Origin: Octopus sinensis
Lineage: Eukaryota
Assembly (NCBI RefSeq): GCF_006345805.1
Contig: NC_042997.1
Location: 99,386,001 to 99,450,000, forward strand
DNA: 64,000 bases
Direction of reading: 5' to 3'
The stretch's first letter is position 1, and every line of letters starts with the position of its first letter. The notes below the pieces were generated by a model. It saw nothing but the letters and a program-made list of their open reading frames with translations. It did no database searches and was not told the DNA's origin. Below are positions 54,133-64,000 of the stretch, piece by piece. The position numbers were made by a program, and so were the translations under genes.

Positions 54133-54490
54133 AACAAGAGCACTCAGAGACCGCAAACCTCTGCTAAAGCAACACCAACGTCTTCTCAACAATTAGCCAG
54201 AGAGAGATTTTTAAAATGAGAATATCTGAAATAAACTCGACTGCCCTCACAGACGAGAATGCTAAAAATGAACCCGACCGCTCTCAAAAAGTTTTTTAAA
54301 AAAACAGAAAAAATAATCCAGAATCCTCGTCCAGTACCAAATCGATCCCCAAATCTAATTAATTCGTGCCAGTCACAAGGCCAAACATACCTGAAAATTT
54401 CACCCACATCCATTCAGCGGTTCTTGAGATATCTTGTCTACGGACAAACAAGCAAACGCGACTGAAAACAATACCTCCGCCTTAGCGAAG
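54133..54490 (+). mobile_element. Helentron-associated (HINE/DINE-1-like) non-autonomous element, 3' hairpin truncated
   Basis: AACAAGAG start, ACCTCTGCTAA near the 5' end, CAGCGGTTCTTGAGATATC...ACAAAC tract, and an ACCTCCGCCTTAGCGAAG end running into (GAA)n. Confidence 0.45.
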
Positions 54491-54586
54491 AAGAAGAAGA
54501 AGAAGAAGAAGAAGAAGAAGAAGAAGAAGAAGAAGAAGAAGAAGAAGAAGAAGAAGAAGAAGAAGAAGAGAAGAAGAAGAAGAAGA

Positions 54587-56162
54587 CCACATTCAGCGGT
54601 GTTGGATGTTGGCACAGTCATAAAAGAACTCGAGCAGAAACAAACAAATAACTCGGAATAAATGAGGGCTCTGGCATTCAACATGCAAGTATGAAAGAGA
54701 AGATCAGGAAGGAGTGTTACAGGAGAGTTCTAGCAGTCCTAAAAATCCGAGATAAATGCACGTAACAAGGTGTTAGCTATAAATTTCTTAGCAGTTCCGG
54801 TTGTTATTTACCGTTTCAATGAGTTGAACTGGAATATCAACGAAATAAGGAAGATTGACAGGAAAATCCGTAACCTGTTGACTTGCGATAAGCTATACCA
54901 CCCAAAGGCAGACGCATATTGTCTTTACCCACCCAGAGCTCAAGGAGGTCGAGGCTTGATCCAATTTGAAATCTCCTACAAACCACCACAATTGAACTGG
55001 CAAAATATCTTGAAACATCTCACGACTGGATGCTCGTTGAAAACCATGAAAGACGTAAGTAAATTCATTCTGTTATGAAGGAGAGCAAAAAAGTTTTCAA
55101 GTAAGTTGAAATAATACCCAGGTTAAACAGTATGAGGAAAGTGCAGCAACTGTAGTTGCAAAGAAGGTGAAATCAATAGCAAAGCAAAATGCGCTTAAAC
55201 AATTGACTGACAGGTAGGAACAACAACCTCTGCATGGCAAATATGTGGCCCGTAGCAAACTAACTGATGTAGATTAGAAGCAGACCAATCAGTGGCTACG
55301 GAGCTCAGGGCTAAAGGCAGAGAATGAAGGCTTTACCTTAGCTACCCAATATCAGAGCTTATTGACCAGGAACTATCAAGCCAATGTGATGAAAAATGGT
55401 GTAGACCCAAAGTGTCGATAGTGCAACGATGGAATAGAAACAGTCGACTACCTAATCTCTTGATATAAGGTTTTAACACCTGTAGAGTACAAATCAAAGC
55501 ATGACAGAGTTGGCCAATATCTACATTGGATAATGTGTCAGCATTATAAAATCAAAACTATTGACAAATGGTACAAGCACTACCCTGAGGCTGTAACTGG
55601 AGGAGAAAATGTAACTATTTTGGGGGGCTTCCCAGTAGGTACAGACCAGACCATCAAGGCACATAAACCAGATATTGTTATGAAATACAAAAGTAATAAA
55701 GTTTGTTTATTGACTGACATGAGCATACCCTGTGACCATAAAATCTCGGCAAAAGAATTTGATAAGCTCAGAAAATATAAAGATTTGCGAATCGAAATCT
55801 CAAGACGGTTACAATACCAGTGATTGTAGGAAAACTTGGAATGATAAAAAAAGGAACTGAAAATTATTTAAGAATGACCCCTGGCTTACCATCCATGCAG
55901 GAAGTGCAAAAGATTGTCTTAACTTGTAGGTCATACGTATTGAGAAAAGTATTTCCTTTCAACCTTTATTTTATTTGTTTACTTTTCTATTTTTTCTCTC
56001 TGTTTTCCCCTTTTTCTCTATCACATGACTCCGTAAATGAACAATCTGGTGTGTTTGTTTTAATGGCCTACTAATGTATACAGTACGTTTCTCTGCACTA
56101 GGTGTCAGGGAAAACACTTGGCAAGAAATGGAAACAGAATTGAAAAAAGATGCTAATGAAAA

Positions 56163-56165
<3 letters not shown>
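54587..56165 (+). mobile_element. R4/Dong-like RLE LINE, 5'-truncated, flanked by (GAA)n
   Basis: INARNKVLAIN.LAVPV, YHPKAD..LY.PRAQGGRGL, HDRV and KPDIV..D.SIP..K.KYKDL motifs. (GAA)n at 54488-54586 and 56166-56276. Confidence 0.88.
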
Positions 56166-56193
<28 letters not shown>

Positions 56194-56274
56194 AAGAAGA
56201 AGAAGAAGAAGAAGAAGAAGAAGAAGAAGAAGAAGAAGAAGAAGAAGAAGAAGAAGAAGAAGAAGAAGAAGAAG

Positions 56275-59200
56275 AAACAAGATTACACTGGGGACGTTAA
56301 ACAAGATTACACCGAGGACGTTAAACAGAGATTACACCGGGGACGTTAAACATGTGAGAGCGATAAAACAGTGCTCCGAAATCTATCCACAAACATCGGA
56401 AACAAAGACATCGCATGGAGCTAAAAAATAACTGACAAAGGATTGGACTATATCCGAGTAAGTAATACTCATTGAAATTTATTACTATTTTCAAAACGAA
56501 AGGATGTATTTTAACTCGATATCATCTCCACCTCTAACACAACACATGTAAACATGCTTGATACATTACGATCCATCAACACCAGATCATCTCCGGCCCC
56601 AAACACTATGTACAAAAAAACTACGAATAAATTAAATAATACCGGTATTATTCAACCCAAGAATAACAATCGGGAAGTACGAACTGTAAACTTACAACAC
56701 AAAATGTACGAAAAACTACACGTGCAAAACAATGTGACAACAGAAATGAACGGACCGGTACCCTACGAAAATGACGACCGTCTAAATAATGGGCCGGACG
56801 TTGTTCCTCATGTCCCGCAAATAAAACCCAAAAGGCATAAATGGACACGTGAGGAATACATTTCTATCCTACACGCTTACTTTACAGCAGTGCTCTACCC
56901 AAAGAATGAAAATACAACACATACATACAAAATATGGAAGAAAAATAACATAAATAAAGACCTGGATACAACAATAAACCCTAATAAACTAGCAAATATA
57001 CGGAGATATATTCTCAACGCAAAAAAAAATATCAGAAATAGAACATTTAAAAGAAAAAATACATCAGGAAAATGTAGATAGAAGTCACACAACAATGCCA
57101 AATAATATAAACACTGAAACAGTAAAATACGAAGACAAACGTAACATTTCCAACAAAAACGATGTAAACAAAAAACAACAAACCCAGACCGTAAGGATAC
57201 ATAATAATACATGACAAACAGCAAGCCAAAACACGACAAACAAACATACGGATGAGATAGAAAGCGACACAAATCTAAAACCTAGAAACAACGAAGGGGA
57301 GCCTAATGATTATGAAACTATAAAAAGTAGAATAATCAAAGAACTGAAAACCACAGAGCTCAAAATGGACCACCAACCATACCTCCCAAAAATCAAAATA
57401 GACAAAACAACAACATCAATTATAAACAACATAAACCTAGCCGTCACGGAACTAATAGCCACTGAAACAAAAAAACGATATCACCGAGCTAAATGACTTA
57501 GTATACGCAGCAGCCACTGCAGCCACAAAAGAAGCTGGATACTCACTCAAACCCATCCAAACAGGAGTACCACCACCCAAACAAACCCTGTGGATAAAGA
57601 ACATCCAAAACAAAATACAAAAAATGAGAAAAGATCTGTCGATTCTTAATGAAATCAGTAGACAATCAACACTACTGAGCAACAAAAAGAAAACAAAAAT
57701 ACTCCGCAAATACAACACCACAGAAAAAGATTTACCTGAGATAAAAGAAAAGCTGAAGCAAGATATCCTTGCCAAAGCACAAAGGATCCGCCGGTACGAG
57801 AAACGTCAACGTTTCTTTGAACAAAACAAAAAGTTCAACTCCAAACCCAAAAAGGTCTACCAAGAACTTGGCAAAAATAAAATAGAAATCACTGCAGCAC
57901 CATCGGCAGAAGAAGTGGAAGAATTCTGGAGAGAAATATGGTCGGCGAACGAACAACCAAAAAAAGGAGTATTAAAACAACAAACTCGGCATCTGAGCAA
58001 CTTTGGACCCCCATAACAACTGAAGAGGTCACCCAGGCACTGCAAAGACTAAGCAACTGGAAGGCACCTGGGCATGACAAGATCCCCAACTTCTGGTTGA
58101 AATATCTAACAGGAATGCACAAAAAGCTGGCTGAAAATTTTAACAACATACTGGCAGAGCCAGAGACAATACCTGAATGGCTCACAAAGGGAAAAAACCA
58201 TCTTAATTCCCAAATCAAATGAGACAGCAAAACCAGAAAACTACAGACCTATAACCTGTCTCCCTACAATGTACAAAGCATTTACTGCAGTAATATCGCA
58301 AAGATTGAACAAGCAACTGGACGAAAACAACCGGTTTCCAGAAGAGCAGAAAGGATGTCGCAAAGGCTCATATGGCTGTAAAGATCAACTAATGATTAAT
58401 AAAGCTATAACTGAAGACAGCCACAGAAAGAAGAAAGGCCTCAGTATGGCCTAGATCGACTACAAAAAAGCGTTTGATAGCATCCCCCACACATGGATTC
58501 TCGAAACACTAGCCATGAACAAAGTTGCACCAACTCTATGAATAAATGGCAAACAGTGCTACAGCTCCAAACAAAAGAGGGACTTGTGAAAACCAAAGCC
58601 ATCCCCATTAGAAGAGGAATATTCCAGGGAGATACGCTCTCTCTACTCCTTTTCTGCTTGGCACTGTCACCTCTATCGGATATGCTAAACAGAACTGGAT
58701 GCGGATATAAATGTTACAGCAAAAAGATCAGCCACCTTTTATATATGGATGACCTAAAACTATACGCTACAAACAGCTAGAATTGACAAACAGCTAGAAA
58801 CACTACTAAAGACAGTTCATGGATTTACCAAAGAAATAGATATGAAATTTGGATTAGAGAAATGCGCCAAAGTAACCCTGAAAAGAGGAAAACTACTTAA
58901 GAGTAGCAACATCACACTAGATAAAACCAATGAAATAAAAGAATTAGACCAAAACCAAAATTACAAATACTTAGGAATCCATGAACTAGATAAGACACAA
59001 CACACACAAATGAACGAGAAAATAAAAAAAAGAATATTATAGACGAGTTAGATCAATACTGAAAACAAAGCTCAATGCTAAAAACAAGATAATAGGTATC
59101 AGCACTTTAGCTGTCCCAGTTATAAGTTACAGCTACAATATCCTTAACTGGACACTAAATGAACTGACCAAAATAGATAGGAATACAAGAAAAATAATGA

Positions 59201-60497
59201 CAGGATCTAGGATGCATCACCCAAAATCTGACATAGAAAGGCTATATATACAACGTATAGATGGTGGTGGAGGCCTTATACAGCTGGAAAACTACTATAA
59301 AATAACCACCATAGGACTTCAAAAATATCTACTTCAGAAGGAAGGAAAACTGATAAAAATAGTGGCAAAACACGAGCAAAACAAAAAACTGTTCTCAGTA
59401 TTTAAGGAAGCTGACAAATACAAACAAGAAATCATACCACCTAACAAATATGAAGAAGAAGAAGAAGAAGAAGAAGAGAAGAGAAGAAGAAGAAGAAGAA
59501 GAAGAGAAGAGAAGAAGAAGAAGAAGAAGAAGAAGAAGAAGAAGAAGAAGAAGAAGAAGAAGAAGAAGAAGAAGAAGAAGAAGAAATAGCAAAAGCTATA
59601 AAATAAATGAAAACCAAACTAAAAATAGAACAGCAACGAACCACGATAAAACGATGGCAAGAAAAGCCCCTTCATGGCAAATACTGGACTAAACTAAATG
59701 CAAAAGAAATAGACAAAAATCCCAACAATGGTTGAGAAGCTCAGGACTCAAAGCAGAGACAGAAGGATTTTTAATTGCAGCACAAGACCAAAGCCTCCCC
59801 ACCAGAAATTACCAAAAACATGTAATGAAAAGAAATATAACAAGTAACTGCAAAATATGTGGAGATGGACAAGAAACAATAAATCATATTATCTCTGGCT
59901 GCCCAGTCCTGGCTAAGAATGAATATATTCACAGACACGACAGAGTTGGGACCTATATACACTGGAAACTATGCCAACATTATGGAATAACAACAGAAAA
60001 AAGATGGTATAGGTACACACCAGAAAAGGTCACAGAAAACGAGAAGGCAACCATACTCTAGGATATGCCAATACACACAGATAGAGAAATTAAGGCCAAC
60101 AGACCAGATATAGTTGTCAGAGATCATGAAGAAAAAAATGTTTTCTAATAGATGTATCAATACCAGCGGATGACAACGTGTCTCTAAAAGAAATGGAGAA
60201 ACTTTCAAAATACAAAGGTCTGGAAATAGAGGTAACCAGAATGTGGAATCTAAAAGCAGAAACAATTCCTATCATAATAGGTGCATTAGGCATGATAAAA
60301 AAATATTCAGAAAAATACATAACAAAAACACCAGGACTTACAAACACATAACATACAGAAAATTGCACTACTAGGTTCTGCACACATCCTACGCAGAACA
60401 CTTTCCATACAATAACCATCAGAGCATCACAACAAATCACAGCACATACCTGCACTCGGTAGTGAAGTGAAAGCACGATATAAAAAATATACTACTG
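56275..60497 (+). mobile_element. Near full-length R4/Dong-like RLE LINE; single ORF ~56554-60415, disrupted
   Basis: Myb-like KRHKWTREEY; RT motifs KAPGHD, NYRPITCL, DYKKAFDS, GIFQGD and YMDD (58742-53); CKICG..ETINHIISGC knuckle; RPDIV..IDVS..K..KYK endonuclease; ends in (TAA)n. Confidence 0.93.
59452..59585. repeat. (GAA)n expansion inside the LINE ORF
   Basis: Direct reading; follows the coding sequence NKY. Confidence 0.95.
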
Positions 60498-60517
60498 AAT
60501 AATAATAATAATAAATA

Positions 60518-60572
<55 letters not shown>
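60498..60572. repeat. (TAA)n tail or target
   Basis: Direct reading. Confidence 0.95.
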
Positions 60573-60573
<1 letters not shown>

Positions 60574-61895
60574 GTTTTAAATGTTGGATCAAGCCCAGCA
60601 ATTTCGAGTGAGTGGGTAAGTCGACCCCATTCCTTTCTATATTGTCCGCAATTCTACCTTTTTCGCCATACACAGTGAAGATAGGAAAACTGCTTACCTT
60701 ATCTATAAGAGATAGACAGCTAGGTAATCTTGAAAGTGAATCCGACTTATAGCCAGATTCATCACACACAACAGCAACAGTTCAGAGTAACTCTACAGAC
60801 CAGCAACACTCGAGCGTTCAGAACAATTTTGCTGTTCAGATTACATTTCGAACCGATCAATGCCTGTACATTTTATTCTAGTTCGGATTTGTACTTAATT
60901 TTCTCACCTTTGATGGCGCTCTCAGGATAAGGATTTTAAGTTATTGATAATCCATATGTTCATATTGATCCAAAATAAATCATTCAATTTATCTTTATCG
61001 ATGTGCAGAACTCCCGAGAACTTAGTCGCTCATACACGCTACTGAGCATATAAGCATGTATAAAAATGTATGAATTGTCTTTTGGCTTGTAGTACTGAAT
61101 TCAATTCAGCATCCACCCACTGGTAAAGCTATTTTCTGTAGGCCGACATATGTAGTCCTCCTCTACTTAAGGTTACATAAACTAGCGTTCAATATCAAGC
61201 TTTTGGATCCTTTTAAATTGGAAAACATTAATTAGTGATGAACACCTAATGAAGCGAGTTGCATCCTGGTATTGATTCCTTCTTTGTTGAAGTAATTTAG
61301 TTCACTTTAAAGCCTTTCAGAAATGCTTGACTGTGAGGAAGGTTCATTCTGAATTATCAATTTGTAGGTTTAGATAATATGATTGCCACTACGTTCATTT
61401 AGGCTAAACTCGGTGTTCAAAATATGTTTCATGAGGTTAGCAGCATTGAGAAAAGTCATGAACACCTCAACTTCGTATAATAACTGATTATTCATATGTA
61501 CGTATGAAGCAATTACTCATTCCTGTTACTATACCTTTACTTAGAGAGAGAGAGAGGGGGTAATGAGAGAGCTGAGAGAAAGAGAGAGAGAAGAAAGAGA
61601 AAAGCATATTCACTTATGTTCTTTAATGTGTTTCTGAGTGTGCTACATGTGCATATAAGTGTGTGTGTGTGTTGTGTTGTGTTTGAATAAATGTTTCAAA
61701 ATGGAATGAGAATTTGCATAGTGCAATCAGCTACCCACTAAGCAGCCTTTAGACTTTTCATTGCATTTTCTCATCTAAGCGAATATTCAAACTAAATTAT
61801 CGTAGCATAACACAACTAATGAACCGAGATCCTATAGCTGTACAGAGTGGTGCGTAGTAGCTACAGCAAGCAGTAGCAGATAAATGTATCGACTC

Positions 61896-61957
61896 CAGCA
61901 GCAGCCGTAGTAGCAGCAGCAGTAGCAGTCGCAGTAGCAGTAGCTGCAGCAGTAGCT

Positions 61958-62042
<85 letters not shown>
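61896..62042. repeat. (CAG)/(TAG)n
   Basis: Direct reading. Confidence 0.9.
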
Positions 62043-63196
62043 CTCCAGCATAATTTCTTGTGATTCAATTATCACAGTTGAGCTATGGAGTGTCTGGTGT
62101 TATTAATGAGACAGGAATGAGTTCAGAGTTCTAGTTGTTTTGATTGTTGTGGTTAATGTGGTTATTGTTCAAAAGAAATCGGGTAGAGAAATGGAAGCCG
62201 CCGGGACTAATGTGACCATTTCCTTCTGATATTCTCCAGAAAAGCTGACAGCCTTTATCGAGTTAGTTACAAAGATTGATGTATGAGCTGGAAGAGCTAA
62301 ACTTCACTTTGTAAGATTCCGAGCTGGAAAGTAAGAGCTGAATGGTTTCACCATTTCGTATGTAGTCTAGAAATTCGACATTGTTTGAATCACAATAACG
62401 CTATTGTGGTTTCTTCTGCTGTGTATATATCTCTTTCTCGCTGTATAAACTTCGACCACTGAATATTTTGAGACCCGCGCGACGTCAGAGTAACACACAC
62501 GAATCGTTGGACAAGTATTATAATTGTAACCGTCCCAGGTTTCCTTTGTCGTAATATATCCAGGAATCCAGTCTTTCATTATCGAATATATCCAACTGTT
62601 TTTTAAACAATTGGGTTTCATCTGGAAGAGAAATCCGCCACAAGGTCCAGTCTTTGTGGTAGTATTGTGGCTTGTATGCCTCAGTGACCCTGGGAGTTTT
62701 TCCAGCAGAGCGCAACATCGTGGTAGATCTTCCCATACTGGACAGGTTAGATGACGGAGACCAGACTAATAATTATCACCTCTTCCGAGAGGTAAAAATT
62801 AGTTTGCGTAGAGCCAACACTCCAAGAAAAAAGTAAAGTTACAGAAATATCCATGACAATTCAAAACCAAGCAGACCTGGGATAGGAAGGACTTCCCTCC
62901 TAGAAACACATAATGTAATGCAACGAAATCAGTCTGAACAATCATATGGTGAACCTATGTGGCAATGACTGGGACAAAATTCCCAAGATGGCTGTGATTG
63001 TCACGTACCGTTTTCCGTACATATTTACACCATTTCTTACCCGTTTCAATTTGAAGTGTCGATATGTTACCCAGTGAACATAAACGTCGAATTAATCGGG
63101 TTTCTGGCCAGACTAGGACTCAGCAAGGTTGACCTAGCTCCCCGTCGGTGAGACGAGTAATCCAGCTGATTCAATGGAACAGCCAGCACTCCACAG

Positions 63197-63401
63197 ACAT
63201 ACCTAACATTAACGTAGTTCTCAGGGAGATTCAGCGTGACAAAAAATATGACAAAGATATAACTCATTTATGCCAGCTGAATGGACTGGAGCAACCGGAA
63301 ATATAGTGTTTTGCTCAAGGACACAACACGTAACAGGGAATCGAACACACGACCATACGATCGTGAACCGAATACCCTAACCACAAAGCCACGCGCCTCC
63401 G
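63197..63401 (-). mobile_element. SINE family D
   Basis: Minus strand GGAGGCGCGTGGCTTTGTGGTTAGGGTATTCGG...GTGTTCGATTCC...GTGTCCTTGAGCAAAACACT...TTGCTCCAGTCCA. Confidence 0.75.
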
Positions 63402-63906
63402 CTCGGCAAAGATAAGACATCCACAAATTTGGTCAGTTACAAAAATTTCTTAATTGCATAGTTTACACTGGTGAGCATCGTTTATTTCATTATTGTGTTG
63501 CTATATATATATTTGTGTATGAGAATTTCCTTCTGTGTATCAAAAACCAAGCCTCCTGCTTTTGTTTTCATTACTGATATTTCGATCCATTGTTCATTTT
63601 AATTCCGGTTTGCTTATTCTTTGTCGAGTTTTATGAGATATTGGCCATGGAGGTTTTTTTCAATCTGCTTTCTCATTATTATATCAATACTGCTTTGATT
63701 TTGTTTTTCTATATTTTTTTATCCTTTTCTGATGATTCTTTTTATATCTAAATCTTTTTACTTCAGTGCTGTTGCCTACCTGTTTGTACTGTTTTCTTAA
63801 ACATATATATATTTGTACGTCTTTATTTATTAATCTTTTAGTTTGTTTCTACTTATTTTCTTATCCCCACTATCGTCATTTAATACTAGCTCTCTGTTTG
63901 TATCAG

Positions 63907-63972
<66 letters not shown>
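63907..63972. repeat. (TTA)n
   Basis: Direct reading. Confidence 0.95.
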
Positions 63973-63974
<2 letters not shown>

Positions 63975-64000
63975 GACGTCGCACAATCTACAATATTGTG

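Noticed and set aside
56275-56352. CRISPR-like repeats
   Set aside because: Directly abutting tandem repeats with no spacers, no cas genes and a eukaryotic context.
62300-63050. Possible CR1/L2-type LINE 3' remnant on the minus strand (FKKQLD..PGY)
   Set aside because: Only a few residues of similarity; insufficient support.

Overview
AT-rich, repeat-dense animal genomic DNA. The SINE families, microsatellite load and transposon mix suggest an octopod cephalopod (inference, no database search). I found no confidently identifiable intact host gene, rRNA, bona fide tRNA or CRISPR array, and most ORFs in the track are microsatellite artefacts. The window is a retroelement and DNA-transposon graveyard. 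It holds at least four tRNA-derived SINE families, a Penelope-like RT fragment, a Tx1/L1-clade 3' fragment, RTE remnants, three stacked R4/Dong-like RLE LINEs in TAA/GAA arrays, two mariners, a full-length piggyBac, a hAT MITE and a decayed beta-tubulin fragment. Three observations stand out. (1) A canonical type I hammerhead ribozyme (5238-5327) lies inside a 403-nt unit with 96-bp terminal direct repeats, the signature of a retrozyme or circular-RNA-derived insertion; several more hammerhead-like motifs occur elsewhere. (2) A complete 2.2-kb ORF1-only non-LTR-like element with a 10-bp TSD splits a SINE tRNA head. (3) The 3' tail of the Tx1-like LINE resembles the 3' tail of an abundant SINE family. 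Repeat boundaries were read by eye and are approximate unless TIR or TSD positions are given.
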